Part shown: positions 49,101 through 60,100 of the stretch, piece by piece
Layout: every line of letters starts with the position of its first letter
Numbering within the stretch: the stretch's first letter is position 1
Source of the DNA: an uncultured Candidatus Saccharibacteria bacterium
Lineage (GTDB): Bacteria > Patescibacteriota > JACMRA01
Assembly (NCBI GenBank): GCA_964631275.1
Contig: CAZVWQ010000004.1
Coordinates: 11,788-75,787, forward strand
Direction: 5' to 3'
Length of the DNA stretch: 64,000 nucleotides
Position numbers and translations under genes: made by a program
Notes under the pieces: model-generated
Database searches by the model: none
Told to the model about the DNA's origin: nothing
Seen by the model: the letters and a program-made list of their open reading frames with translations, nothing else

Positions 49101-50384
49101 ATGCTTTACTCTCAACTCTTTACTAAGACTTCTAAAGATATTCCTGCCGATGAGGTTAGTAAAAACGGTAAACTTCTGATTCAGGCCGGGTTTGTAGATA
49201 AAACGATGGCTGGAGCTTATGGCTTTTTACCACTTGGTTTGAGAGTTATCAACAAAATCGAAAATTTAATCCGCAAGCACATGAACAAAATTGGCGGACA
49301 AGAAATACTTATGAATAGTCTACACCCCAAGGAGCCTTGGCAAAAGACAGGCAGATGGGATACAGTAGATGTTTTGTTCAAACTAAACTCTCAAACCAAA
49401 ACCGAATATGCATTGGCTTGTAGTCACGAAGAGCAAGTTACTCCAATTGCCAAAAAATTCATTAGTAGCCATAAGGATCTACCAATTTTTGATCCAGAGG
49501 CTGGAGTCTGGCCACTTAGTATTTATCAGATTCAAACCAAATTTCGAGATGAACTCAGAGCTAAATCTGGGCTGCTCAGAGGTCGTGAATTTCGTATGAA
49601 GGACATGTACGACTTTCACCAAACCCAAGAAAGTTTAGAAAAATATTACGAATATGTTAAGCAAGCTTATTTTGATTTTTATGAAGAAATTGAACTTAAA
49701 GTTTATGCTGTAAAAGCTAGCGGTGGCATGTTTACCGAAAATATTAGCCATGAGTTTCAAACTCCTTGTGAGGCTGGGGAAGATTGGATTATGGTTTCTA
49801 AGTCTACTGGTTTTTCTTTTAATGAAGAGATTATGGATGAATTAAAACAAAAAGGTGAGAATATTCCAGGTGATTTGGAAAGAATAAAAGTCGCTGAGGT
49901 TGGAAATATTTTTCAGCTAGGAACAAAGTACACTGAAGCTTTTAATCTCAAATACACGAATGAAAATAATGAGCAAAAATATCCAATTATGGGTTGCCAT
50001 GGTATTGGCTCTAGTCGCTGTATGGCTGCGGTTGCCGAGAATCATAGTGATGATAAGGGTCTTATATGGCCAAAGTTAATTGCTCCATTCGAGATTCATC
50101 TAATCACTCAATTGAATCAAAAAAGTCTAGATCAAGATCAAAAAATCATAGATTTAGCAAAAAAAATCTATAACGTAGAGATTAGTAAAGTTGGAGATAT
50201 TGAAATAAAATCTGGAGAAGTCCTGTGGGATAATAGAGACAAAATTAGTATTGGTAATAAGCTCAAAGACGCTGACCTAATTGGCTGTCCAGTACAAATT
50301 GTAATTAGTGAAAGATCTCTAGAAAGTGGAGGGGTAGAAGTCAGAGATAGATCTATCGGAGAAAGCAAAATCGTTAGTTTGTAA
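49101..50384 (+). CDS. proS: proline--tRNA ligase (short form lacking the INS editing domain)
   Basis: 427 aa. LLIQAGFVDKTMAGAYGFLPLGLRV, class II motif 2 (FRDELRAKSGLLRGREFRMKD) and motif 3 region (GCHGIGSSR). Confidence 0.85.
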   Translation: MLYSQLFTKTSKDIPADEVSKNGKLLIQAGFVDKTMAGAYGFLPLGLRVINKIENLIRKHMNKIGGQEILMNSLHPKEPWQKTGRWDTVDVLFKLNSQTKTEYALACSHEEQVTPIAKKFISSHKDLPIFDPEAGVWPLSIYQIQTKFRDELRAKSGLLRGREFRMKDMYDFHQTQESLEKYYEYVKQAYFDFYEEIELKVYAVKASGGMFTENISHEFQTPCEAGEDWIMVSKSTGFSFNEEIMDELKQKGENIPGDLERIKVAEVGNIFQLGTKYTEAFNLKYTNENNEQKYPIMGCHGIGSSRCMAAVAENHSDDKGLIWPKLIAPFEIHLITQLNQKSLDQDQKIIDLAKKIYNVEISKVGDIEIKSGEVLWDNRDKISIGNKLKDADLIGCPVQIVISERSLESGGVEVRDRSIGESKIVSL

Positions 50385-50523
50385 TTTTTTGAATAGTATT
50401 TCAGTCCTTGTAACTGACAAAATCTTTTGTTTTTGGTTATTTTTATAATAACTATACTTGTAATTTTTACAATTATATTTTAACTCGCTTTATTTTATAG
50501 ATAAAACTTAGTTTAGATTTAAT

Positions 50524-50642
50524 TATACCCATTCCATAACCAAATTTAACATCAAAGCTAAGCTTAATTTGATTTTAAAGGTATTTGGTAGCTTTTTAAG
50601 ATTAAAAAATGCAAATTTTGAAACTAACTGGATTGAGCATAA
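50524..50642 (+). repeat. G-family repeat
   Basis: tatacccattccataaccaaatttaacatcaaagctaagcttaatttgattttaaaggtatttggtagctttttaagattaaaaaatgcaaattttgaaactaactggattgagcataa. Confidence 0.8.
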
Positions 50643-51103
50643 TTTTGTATAAGTTTATACAGATTTATACGAGAATAGGTATAATTTAGTTGAGGCCAAA
50701 ATTTAGATTCTAAAAAAAGCTGAAATTTACATTGCAGTGAGTATAAATAGGTTTTTGAAGGTGATTATTTCTTAAATACTCTTAGATGAGGTTAATTTTT
50801 ATTTATACCTACCTTAAATTCTTCATTTTAAAGACTTTATTTACATAAAAACTATAATAGCAAAAGGCTAAACTATAAAAATATTATAATTAAACTATCT
50901 AGTCGGTCTACAAAATTAAAACAAAATTCTATCAAGGATAATACTCAAAACTCGTTATATCAAAGGTAAACTATAATAAGGTTTAAAAAATTAAAACAAA
51001 ACTTGCAAAAAAGTATTTTTTGTTATACAATCATAATCGCCTTAATATAAAAATCAGGTAAAACATAAATAAATAGGTGTAAAAAAACCTAAACAAAAAT
51101 AAA

Positions 51104-53257
51104 ATGTATCCACGAAAACCAATTCGGAGGAATCTTAACTTTGGAGGTAATCCTGGTTATATCAACCCTTATAACCCTGGCATTAACTACCCTGGTCAAA
51201 ATCCATATTATCCTTATAACCAAGGATATGGACAAGGTATGCAGCCTGGACTACCCCAACAGAATGCTTACCCCCAAGGTCAGTTTATACAACCTGTAAT
51301 TTCACCTAATCCTTATTATTACCAGGGTCAGGTTAATATACCTGAATTTAACCCCCAAGCAATTAGTTATACTCAAAATCCTAGCTACCTTGAAGAAGCT
51401 AGCAGTAGCTATAAAAAAAGAAAAAATAAAAATAGATCAAAAAACGAACCTATAGAGGAAGAATATGAAGAAGAGTACGATTACGAAGAAGAATACGAAG
51501 AACCAGTAAAGAAAAAAACTGGAAAAACTAAAGTTCCAGTGAAGACTGGTGATTCTGATGACAGGTTGAAGTTTTTTAAAAGTAGATTTACTGGAGAATC
51601 TTTTGAACCTAAAGAACCATCTTCTAGTGAAGTACAAGTAACAGTCAAAAGACCTAAATTAAATCAAAAAATAGAAGAAGAGCTTTTACAAAGTATTCAA
51701 TATAGTTCGAAAAAAAATAAAGTTAAATCAGATATACAAAATAATTACCAAGGAAACTACCAAAGCATTAATCATGATAGTAAGTTAGGTTTGGAAATAC
51801 CAGATAATCAACAAATAAAAAATTATACAGAGCAAAGGAAAGAAGTTGAAGAAGTTAGTCACAATGATTTTTTTGACAAACAAACACCACAAACTGGAAA
51901 CTTTATACCTCAAGATCAATTTAGCTCAAAGATATATACAGATGATTTTCAGACTGAATTAAAACAAAACTTGCAAAACAAGCTTGCAGAAAATAACCGA
52001 AGGCAAGCCTTTTCTGACTCTTCAAGAGAAGAATATAACTCTTTTGATTATTCTAAATCTTCTAGCCCTAGAGATTTTTCTCAAAGATTAGATAGTAATT
52101 ACTATACACCACAAACTCCAACTAGGTTTTATCGAGTACCAAAGAAAAAAAAGAACAAGACTAGACAAATGGCCTTGGCTGTGTTTTTTATGATCTCTTT
52201 AGTTTTATCTATGCTTAGCTGGAATTTTTATAATACTCAGATTATAGGTAATAATAGATCTATTGCTGGAGCTCAAGATGAGCCAATAGTTAACGATTAT
52301 CAAGAATATAAAGCTTGGATAGAATCTAAACTTGGAATTTATTCTGAGCCTACCGAAGATGTTGATAACGATGGATTAACTAATTACGAAGAGTTTTTGA
52401 TAAAGAGCAACCCTAATTCGGCTAACACTTGTGACAAAACCAAAACTGATATGGATAATCTCTTGGATCTAATTAACCCTGCCACTTGTGAGCCCATTGA
52501 TTTTGATGACCCAGATGAATTAGAAATTTTTAGTAAAATAATTGATGTTCAAGCTGCTAAAAAAGCAACCTCTTCTGATGATAAAAATAATAAAAATGAA
52601 CCTTTACCATCTAGTAATAGTAGTATCGAAGAATCAGAAACAAATTCTGAAACAAACGAGTCTTCCTCAGATAGTAGCGAAGAAATAAGTTATAACACCC
52701 AAAGTAAATTATTAAGTGCTCTAAAACTTAACGAGTATAGCCAAATTAGCAGCCTTAGCTTTGAAGAAGTATCTAGCAGATCCACATCTGAAGAAGAAAA
52801 AGATTTAAAATTAAAATATATAAATTTAGTAAAAAAAATTGAAAATTATATTAAACAATATAGATCGTACGAACCTTACGATGTTAATTACGAGACGCCG
52901 GTACACCCGGCTGTTTTTTTGGATGTATCCTTAGAATATAATGTCGAATTGAAGTATGTTTTAGCTGTAGCTCGTAAAGAATCGCGGTTTGGAACTGATA
53001 GGTATACTAACAATGGTAACTTGACTAGGCCAGGTAAGTATAAAAACATCTATTCGATTGGTTTAGACGATTCTGGTAACAACCTAGGTTACAAAACTTG
53101 GGAAGAAGGTGTTAAAGGTTTTGGCAAGTGGTATCAAAAATTTGAGCAAAGAGGTGTAGACGACTGCTCGAAGTGGAGAATATATAATCCGAATGGTGAC
53201 TATTGTGCTACCATCGAAGGCTTGGCTAGTGAGATTCAGAAATTTTTAGAAGGGTAA
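51104..53257 (+). CDS. large membrane-anchored protein: P/Q/Y/N-rich tail, charged linker, TM, DxDxDG motif, lysozyme-like C-terminus (tentative)
   Basis: 717 aa. Residues 1-95 are low complexity (NPYNPGINYPGQNPYYPYNQGYGQG...). TM ALAVFFMISLVLSMLSW. DVDNDGLTNYEEF (thrombospondin-type-3-like). C-terminal LAVARKESRFG resembles the catalytic-Glu region of glycoside hydrolases acting on peptidoglycan. Confidence 0.55.
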   Translation: MYPRKPIRRNLNFGGNPGYINPYNPGINYPGQNPYYPYNQGYGQGMQPGLPQQNAYPQGQFIQPVISPNPYYYQGQVNIPEFNPQAISYTQNPSYLEEASSSYKKRKNKNRSKNEPIEEEYEEEYDYEEEYEEPVKKKTGKTKVPVKTGDSDDRLKFFKSRFTGESFEPKEPSSSEVQVTVKRPKLNQKIEEELLQSIQYSSKKNKVKSDIQNNYQGNYQSINHDSKLGLEIPDNQQIKNYTEQRKEVEEVSHNDFFDKQTPQTGNFIPQDQFSSKIYTDDFQTELKQNLQNKLAENNRRQAFSDSSREEYNSFDYSKSSSPRDFSQRLDSNYYTPQTPTRFYRVPKKKKNKTRQMALAVFFMISLVLSMLSWNFYNTQIIGNNRSIAGAQDEPIVNDYQEYKAWIESKLGIYSEPTEDVDNDGLTNYEEFLIKSNPNSANTCDKTKTDMDNLLDLINPATCEPIDFDDPDELEIFSKIIDVQAAKKATSSDDKNNKNEPLPSSNSSIEESETNSETNESSSDSSEEISYNTQSKLLSALKLNEYSQISSLSFEEVSSRSTSEEEKDLKLKYINLVKKIENYIKQYRSYEPYDVNYETPVHPAVFLDVSLEYNVELKYVLAVARKESRFGTDRYTNNGNLTRPGKYKNIYSIGLDDSGNNLGYKTWEEGVKGFGKWYQKFEQRGVDDCSKWRIYNPNGDYCATIEGLASEIQKFLEG

Positions 53258-53460
53258 TATTTTCACCCATTGCTAAAAAAAGCCCAATTTTTATAAATCC
53301 AATTTTTTGGTAAAGTAAATAAAAGTAGGTTTTTTAAAGTAACGGGGTAATATTATTTTCTTATATTTTTCTTTAGTACAAAAAACTATTAATTGGCTAC
53401 ACTTTGACAAAACCTAAGTTTTGAACCTGAGTTGTCCTTATTTAATATCTATAGATAGCT

Positions 53461-54441
53461 ATGTTAAATCTGAGTTGGCTAAATGATGAGCTTAAAAGTT
53501 TAGTTTATTACTATCTACAAAAAGATAAAGAAATCCCTGATTATATAGGTTATTATTCTCCTTTGATTGTTGAAGGCTTGAGTACTATTATCCAAAGTAA
53601 ACTTTTACCATACAAACAAAATAATTTACTTTATTTAGACAAAATAATTCTATATGAGGAATCAAAAAACATTGCTCAAAGAGTTTCTCATATTGATTAC
53701 ATTCATGTAGTTGGAGTTTCTGGAGTTACTATAGAGTCTTGTGCTTCACTACTTGGCGAACTAGCTATACAAAAAAACCTTTATTGCTACACATCAGTTA
53801 CTCCAAAAGCTGAATTAAATCAATTAAATATAGATCAAACTAAAGATTATTTGCAAGAAATTAAGGATACGAACCTAAAAACACACCAAATCCAAATAGA
53901 ACCCGAATTACATTCTTTTGGAAATTTATTAGACGAGCCAGAAGAAGGCAAAAAGACTCATAGAATGTTTTTACTTTTAGACTCTAGGTTAGGTAATTCT
54001 CCAGATCCAAAATTTTTGCTCAAAAATATAGCTGCAAGTATGCGTAAACAAGATTATCTTATACTTGTGCAAGAACTTTATAATCCTGGATGCGAACCTC
54101 TCTTGATAGCTGATTACAACGAAGCTTTACTTGATAAAGTTTATGCCAAAAACGATATTGAAATAGCCAATAGTATTACCCCTAACCACAGATTTTTGGT
54201 TAGTTGGTTTAATAATTATCATGGCCAGTATCAAGGAGTAACCTTGGATATACTACTTAAAGAAAAAGTTCAAATTAACAATCTTATCTTTGAAGAAGGT
54301 CAAACCATTAGTTTGTTTAAAGCTATTACTTTTACGAAGTCTCAAATGAGAGAAATCTTTGATTTTGCTAGCCTAGTAACCGTTCATATTAGCTATGATC
54401 GAGAGCAGAATCTTGGCTTGTATATTTTACAAAAAAAGTAA
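53461..54441 (+). CDS. EgtD/Methyltransf_33-like protein (tentative)
   Basis: 326 aa. RMFLLLDSRLGNSPDPKFLLKNIAASMRKQDYLILVQEL parallels the EgtD segment FLGSTIGN...FL..L...L.PGD.LLLG.DL. The glycine-rich SAM loop is not canonical (VVGVSGVT). Confidence 0.3.
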   Translation: MLNLSWLNDELKSLVYYYLQKDKEIPDYIGYYSPLIVEGLSTIIQSKLLPYKQNNLLYLDKIILYEESKNIAQRVSHIDYIHVVGVSGVTIESCASLLGELAIQKNLYCYTSVTPKAELNQLNIDQTKDYLQEIKDTNLKTHQIQIEPELHSFGNLLDEPEEGKKTHRMFLLLDSRLGNSPDPKFLLKNIAASMRKQDYLILVQELYNPGCEPLLIADYNEALLDKVYAKNDIEIANSITPNHRFLVSWFNNYHGQYQGVTLDILLKEKVQINNLIFEEGQTISLFKAITFTKSQMREIFDFASLVTVHISYDREQNLGLYILQKK

Positions 54442-54445
54442 CTAG

Positions 54446-55420
54446 ATGTCCCTAGAAAAAACAATCATTACTCATCAAAATCTTAGAAATCTTTATCAAG
54501 AATTTCAATTTCATGGCGATCCTAATTACCTAAAAGAAATACTTTACAAAAACTATTTCGAACCAGATAACCAAATTTTAATTAACGAAATACCAGGCGT
54601 AGAAAACTCGACTTATCTAGTTATTTGTGAATCAAAAAAATATGTCTTAAGGATTTATAGGCAAAATAAAAAAAACTACCAAGATATTACTCAGGAGGTA
54701 GAATTTATTAATGACCTTAGAGCTTGTAATCAACCAGTACCAAAAATTTTTCAAGCATATAATTTTAATTATATCTGTGAATTTAAGTTCGTAGATAAAA
54801 CTTGGTATTGTGTTTTAATGGAATTTATTGATGGATCACACCTAAGTATTTACACCAATGACTTGATTACAGACATAGCTAGATTTTTAGCTTTTGCCCA
54901 CATTATTAGACCAGCTTCAAAAAGACAAATAATTCAGCCGATAGTAGACGTCAAATATTTATTAAAAAATGGAGATTTTGGATTTAGTAATTATCAAAAA
55001 AATAGCTTCATTGACAGAGCTCTAAAATACAAAACACATTCTCAAGATTTGCCTTGTGGCTATATTCACAGCGATCTTCATGGTGATAATTTTATTACTA
55101 ATAGCAGTAACAGACTTAAAGCTATAATTGATTTTGATGACGCTAACTACCTACCTTTTGTCTATGATCTTGGAGCAATTCTATGGAGTGTTTGGTCTAA
55201 TACTAAATCTTTGGAAATGATAAATTTGTTTATTGAAACTTATAACAAAAAAAGATCACTTACTAGTAAAGAACTTAAAGTACTAAAAAACTATATTCAT
55301 CTTAGGAATTATTATTTTGGAGTTTTAGAATATTTATCTTTTGGTAACACAACTTTTAGTCATGAATTTCAGTCGTACCAAACCATGGAAACAGAAATAG
55401 AAGAGTATATTCACTTTTAA
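54446..55420 (+). CDS. APH/choline-kinase-family phosphotransferase
   Basis: 324 aa. Brenner motif GYIHSDLHGDNFI and IIDFDDA (DFD). Confidence 0.75.
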   Translation: MSLEKTIITHQNLRNLYQEFQFHGDPNYLKEILYKNYFEPDNQILINEIPGVENSTYLVICESKKYVLRIYRQNKKNYQDITQEVEFINDLRACNQPVPKIFQAYNFNYICEFKFVDKTWYCVLMEFIDGSHLSIYTNDLITDIARFLAFAHIIRPASKRQIIQPIVDVKYLLKNGDFGFSNYQKNSFIDRALKYKTHSQDLPCGYIHSDLHGDNFITNSSNRLKAIIDFDDANYLPFVYDLGAILWSVWSNTKSLEMINLFIETYNKKRSLTSKELKVLKNYIHLRNYYFGVLEYLSFGNTTFSHEFQSYQTMETEIEEYIHF

Positions 55421-55552
55421 GGCTGAAGTAATCTTGTCTCAGAACCATCCAAAATATTACCTACTTTTATATAATATTATTTTAAGCAAGGTATTTATTT
55501 CACAATCCCAACAAAACTAACTAAAAAGTACCACCTGACAGCCTTGTCTAAA

Positions 55553-55642
55553 TTAGTTTTATTCCATAACTCAGATTTTATAAAATTTTGATCTCAAAAA
55601 ATTCCTGTTAATCAACCTAAAAATACTTTTTGAAACATGATA
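55553..55642 (+). repeat. B-family repeat, diverged
   Basis: ttagttttattccataactcagattttataaaattttgatctcaaaaaattcctgttaatcaacctaaaaatactttttgaaacatgata. Confidence 0.65.
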
Positions 55643-55891
55643 AAAAACCTAAATTATACTGAGAACTCTGATTTTTTTCTATGAACAAATTTAGAGTAAA
55701 TACTAAACGTATTAGGCATAAGATAAGATTATTGTGCTTTTTCTGAAAATTTCAAAAAATCTAAAGTTTATTTATAGATTTATTCTACACTTATATCTTA
55801 CAAACTAATTGCTTATATTACCCAGTTCGGTAAAGAATTTTATTTGACAAAATTTGATTTTGAGCAAGTATATATTATCTTTTTTGGCTGT

Positions 55892-56428
55892 ATGAATCTT
55901 AAAAAACTTAGCTTAATAATTGCCTTAATCTTACCTTTTGTATTTTTTTCTATCTTAGGTTTATTAATTTGGACTACCTCTGTAGTTTTTAATCCAGCCT
56001 ATGATTTTGTTTTCACTTCTAACTTTAACTACTCATCTAATTTGAGGTACGAAGTAGACAATTCTCAGCTTACCCTAAAAGACATAAAAACTAGATTTGA
56101 TCAAATTGATAAGAATATTCCAGAGATACCATCTCTAGAAACTACAGAAGCTTTAGAAGAATATTTAGAAAATCAAGGTTATAAATTATTCTTATATAAA
56201 ATTAAAACAGATGAAGTTAAAGAGATTAGATTTTCTGAAACTCAGAATTGGAAAATTAACCCAGAGGAAACTTCGCCTGATGGTTTTATTATCAAGACTG
56301 ACAATAGTTTTGGTAGTTTTTTTGGTAGTTCTTATAGCTCTCCTTACCTTTACAAAAATAACCTATCTAAATCTTTAAACACAAAATTAGACTATGATTT
56401 TAGATTTCTAGGCTGGGTAACTAATTAA
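55892..56428 (+). CDS. hypothetical membrane-anchored protein
   Basis: I prefer the ATG at 55892 (MNLKKLSLIIALILPFVFFSILGLLIW) over the TTG at 55844. Confidence 0.45.
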   Translation: MNLKKLSLIIALILPFVFFSILGLLIWTTSVVFNPAYDFVFTSNFNYSSNLRYEVDNSQLTLKDIKTRFDQIDKNIPEIPSLETTEALEEYLENQGYKLFLYKIKTDEVKEIRFSETQNWKINPEETSPDGFIIKTDNSFGSFFGSSYSSPYLYKNNLSKSLNTKLDYDFRFLGWVTN

Positions 56429-56451
56429 TAAAAACTTTAAATAAATAAAAA

Positions 56452-57456
56452 ATGAACAAAAAATTCCTAAAAGAAATTAAAAACAAATTAGAAACTAAAG
56501 AAATTACTCCTGATGAGGTGTACACCGTAGTTGAAGATTTTACTCAAATCAAAAAACTAGAATCTAAGCAAAAAACTAAATCTATAATTAAGTTAGATTT
56601 TTTATCTGTGATTAGTTTTGTTGGAGGCGCTTTAATTCTTTTAGGCTTAGTTTTTTTAGTATCTTTATTTTGGTCTGAACTAGGTGACTTTGGCCAAGTG
56701 TTTGTATTGCTAGGTGGAGGCTTTATGGCTTATATAACTGGGTCTTTGCTGTTATTTGCCCTATCTAATAAAACCCCTGGTTTAAGCATACATTTAGCTG
56801 GTTTTGTGTTTATACCGACTGGTCTGTTTGTTACTTTTTCTAAATTTTTATATCCTAATCCAAACTTAATAAACTTAGTTGCTTCTGGAATTTTTCTTAT
56901 TTGTTTTATTTTATATGCTTTAACTGATTATTTCTCAAAAAAGAATATTTTTACTTTAGCAACTTGGTTATTTGGTTCAATTTCTAGTATTATTTCACTT
57001 TTAGAAATTTTTAATAGGTTTTTAGTAGGAGGGGATAATTTTTATATCTGGCAGGCTTCTTTACCTTTTGTTTTTACTGGCGGTTCGGGGCTTTTGTTTA
57101 GCTATTGTTTATCTGATAAATCTCTAAAAAAAAGAACAAGTTTTGTAATTATCAGAGCTTTTTCTATAACTACAATCTATCTTTCTTTATTTTCTTTGGC
57201 GGTAAACAAAACCTTTTTAGAAATTATTTTTATTCTGTTTCTGGCTGGTGGTCTTTATTTGAGTTATTTTTGGCAATCTACAACGACTTTGATTTTAGTT
57301 TCTCTACTTAGTTTAGTATATATATTTTATCTTAATAGCAGATATTTTAGCCAAATACTTGGCTGGCCAGTAACTCTAATTTTATCTGGGGTAATTTTGG
57401 TATTAATAAGTTTTTTTGCAGTTAAGTTTAGGCAAAAGTATTTTTTACAAAATTAA
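56452..57456 (+). CDS. hypothetical polytopic membrane protein
   Basis: 334 aa. Soluble N-terminal ~50 aa, then about nine hydrophobic helices. Confidence 0.5.
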   Translation: MNKKFLKEIKNKLETKEITPDEVYTVVEDFTQIKKLESKQKTKSIIKLDFLSVISFVGGALILLGLVFLVSLFWSELGDFGQVFVLLGGGFMAYITGSLLLFALSNKTPGLSIHLAGFVFIPTGLFVTFSKFLYPNPNLINLVASGIFLICFILYALTDYFSKKNIFTLATWLFGSISSIISLLEIFNRFLVGGDNFYIWQASLPFVFTGGSGLLFSYCLSDKSLKKRTSFVIIRAFSITTIYLSLFSLAVNKTFLEIIFILFLAGGLYLSYFWQSTTTLILVSLLSLVYIFYLNSRYFSQILGWPVTLILSGVILVLISFFAVKFRQKYFLQN

Positions 57457-57606
57457 AAGCTTTAAAAATAAAACTCTAGAATCCTCTAAGAGGATATTTA
57501 GATAGGTAGTTTTAAGCATAACTTGACTAACTCAGGATTTTGATTGATCAATATAACAAATCATTATCCAAATTTTATTTTAATTAAATTATCCACTAGA
57601 TTATTT

Positions 57607-58764
57607 ATGGCTAAGAAAAATTCAACTGCAAAGTCAGCTAAAAACAAAACTGTAAATCAAAAAAAAGCTACCAAAAAATTAGTAAAACAAAAAACTAACT
57701 CAAAAGCAAATAAAACGGCGAGTAATAACAACAAAATAAAAGCTGAGCCAACAAAAATCGAGTCTTCAGTTGTTAAGACTAAAGAAAAAGCAAAAACTCA
57801 ATCAAAACTTGAAGTTACAGCTAAAGTACTAAACAAAAAAACTTCAGAAAATCAGGCTCAGACTCTTCTAGATAACTTTAGAGAAAAAATTTTGCCAATC
57901 TCTTTACCGATTATTATAGGATTAGTCTTTATTGCTTTATTTAATGGTTTTTTGTTTTATGTTATCCCTGAACAGATTTTATCCCAGACTGATGTGGCAG
58001 TAGCTGAAAGAAAAAAGAGAGAAGATGAGGAAAGAAGAAAAAAAATAGAAGCTGAAAGAGAAGACAAGCAAAAAAACCTAGATCAACAGCTAGCTGACGA
58101 AAATTCTGTCTTAAATTTTGAGCAAAATCAAAACTGGACTGTGGATATGAACTTTAGAAATTTTGGAACTTTAAAACTTAATTTAAACAAAGAATATGCC
58201 CCAGAGACTGTAGATAATTTTATTCGTTTAGTTTATCGTGATTACTATAATGATACTAAGATTCACAGAATCGTTAAGCAAGAGACTTTTTCTGTGATTC
58301 AAGGAGGAGACAAAGAAAAAAATGATGGAACTGGAGGTCAAAGTGCTAGGTATATAGATGAAGAGTTAACTAATAATGTTCCAGATGAGCTATGGGTAGT
58401 AGAGCCAGAATTTAGCCCAAATCCAGAGAACCCAGAACTAATTAATGAGCCAAAATTTAGAGTTCCTGATTTTTATCGAGACTTTAACACTGCTACTGGG
58501 CAGGTAACCTACCCAAAAGGTACTATACTAATGGCCAAGACTTCAGAACCTGATTCGGCTAGTAGTCAGTTCTTTATTAGCCTAAAAGATACTACTTTGC
58601 CAGCTCAATATACCGTCTTTGGTATCGTTTCCGAAGATAATTTTGATGTTATAGATAAAATCTACAACGAAGTAAATGCCGAAGGTGGTACTGGAGATGG
58701 AGTTCCAGATAGAGAGATCTACCTAGAGACTGTTCAAATAGTTAATCCAGAAATTGAAAACTAA
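57607..58764 (+). CDS. membrane-anchored cyclophilin-type peptidyl-prolyl isomerase
   Basis: I prefer the ATG at 57607 (MAKKNSTAKS). Lys-rich tail, TM, then IHRIVKQETFSVIQGGD, GTILMAKTSEPDSASSQFFISL and YTVFG. Confidence 0.8.
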   Translation: MAKKNSTAKSAKNKTVNQKKATKKLVKQKTNSKANKTASNNNKIKAEPTKIESSVVKTKEKAKTQSKLEVTAKVLNKKTSENQAQTLLDNFREKILPISLPIIIGLVFIALFNGFLFYVIPEQILSQTDVAVAERKKREDEERRKKIEAEREDKQKNLDQQLADENSVLNFEQNQNWTVDMNFRNFGTLKLNLNKEYAPETVDNFIRLVYRDYYNDTKIHRIVKQETFSVIQGGDKEKNDGTGGQSARYIDEELTNNVPDELWVVEPEFSPNPENPELINEPKFRVPDFYRDFNTATGQVTYPKGTILMAKTSEPDSASSQFFISLKDTTLPAQYTVFGIVSEDNFDVIDKIYNEVNAEGGTGDGVPDREIYLETVQIVNPEIEN

Positions 58765-58774
58765 ATAAGCTTAG

Positions 58775-60061
58775 TTGCAAAAATATTTCTACAAATTAGG
58801 CCATATTCCTAGTCTTGGTGTCTGGGAGTTTTTTGAGTTACAAGGGCAGGCGGAGGTATCAAATACGAGGGATCAAATTTTTGATCTTCAAAAAAAACCT
58901 CAATCTGCTAGGCAAGAAAACCCTTTGTCAGGATCAGGCTTACATTTTGATAAGGATTTTGATAGCAAATTAAATACAAAAAAAGTAGGTTTTGAAACCA
59001 AAGAAGCTGAGTTTAATGATCATTTTCTTCTTTCAGATAGATATCTAGATGTTAATAAAACCGGATCTTTGGTTTTTTCTGGGATTAATATTTGCTCCTA
59101 CCCGATTAGTAGAGAATCTGGGAATAAAGATTTTTGGCAAACAAAATTAGATTTTGACTTGGCTAAAACATTTTCTGAAGTTCCAAAAAAACTAGGAGTA
59201 GCTACAACTAAAGATTTTAAAATCAAAGAAATAGTTGATTTATTTAAAAAACTCGGAGTAAAAAAAGTTAACGCCCTTAAGCCTGGTAAATTTCCTAATT
59301 TTGGTAATTTTAGGAATACTCCTAACTGGGTAATTTTTTATAAGCTTAAAGGACAAGTTTATTTTGCTAAAATTTTGGATTACTATAATCAAGGATTTTG
59401 GTCAGAGTTGGATTTGAATCTTCCAAAGAATGACATGCGGCGCGGTATAATTAATCTCAAACTAGCTAGAAGTTTGAATAACCTTACTAATAAAAAGATT
59501 ATTTGGGATCCGTTTTGTGGAGTCGGCAGGAACGCCATTAGTAGCTTGGATCGAAAAGATAGATTTTTACTTTCGGATATTGACTTAGAAGGGATTAAAG
59601 ATGCAAAAATTAACTTAGATTTAGCTAGAGAAAAATATTTTCAGAACAGTGTTTCCATTGATTTTGAAACCAAAGATGCTACTAAGGTTGAGCAGTTTAA
59701 CTTTTTAACTAGGGTTAATCCTCAAGATTTAGCGATTGTTACGGAGGGAACATTGGGAACTAATTTTGGATCCTTTCCAGGATTTCAGACTATCAATTTG
59801 GAATGGGCCAAAGTCTTTAGTTTATGGAAAAAGATAATAACTAAAGCTGAAAAAATAGGTATTTCCGAAATCATCTTTTGCTTGCCTTTTTATCAATACC
59901 AAAACAAAAAGATCATGCCTGAAAAGTCTCAGACCATGAGTTTGATTGCTGGAACGAACTATTGTTTTGTATCTTTTGGTAGCAGATTAGGCGTAGCCTA
60001 TATACGTGAATCATCAATTACCGGCCATTATATCCTAAAATTAACAAAGTTAGAAAGTTAG
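58775..60061 (+). CDS. putative SAM-dependent (Trm11/UPF0020-like) methyltransferase
   Basis: 428 aa with TTG start. MRRGIINLKLARSLNNL...IWDPFCGVGRNAI matches the P..M.P.LAR..VNL...DPFCG.G pattern. Motif IV position reads VTEGTLG rather than DPPYG. Confidence 0.5.
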   Translation: MQKYFYKLGHIPSLGVWEFFELQGQAEVSNTRDQIFDLQKKPQSARQENPLSGSGLHFDKDFDSKLNTKKVGFETKEAEFNDHFLLSDRYLDVNKTGSLVFSGINICSYPISRESGNKDFWQTKLDFDLAKTFSEVPKKLGVATTKDFKIKEIVDLFKKLGVKKVNALKPGKFPNFGNFRNTPNWVIFYKLKGQVYFAKILDYYNQGFWSELDLNLPKNDMRRGIINLKLARSLNNLTNKKIIWDPFCGVGRNAISSLDRKDRFLLSDIDLEGIKDAKINLDLAREKYFQNSVSIDFETKDATKVEQFNFLTRVNPQDLAIVTEGTLGTNFGSFPGFQTINLEWAKVFSLWKKIITKAEKIGISEIIFCLPFYQYQNKKIMPEKSQTMSLIAGTNYCFVSFGSRLGVAYIRESSITGHYILKLTKLES

Positions 60062-60100
60062 AATTTCCTTATTTTAATAGTCTATATCTAATCTGTTTTG

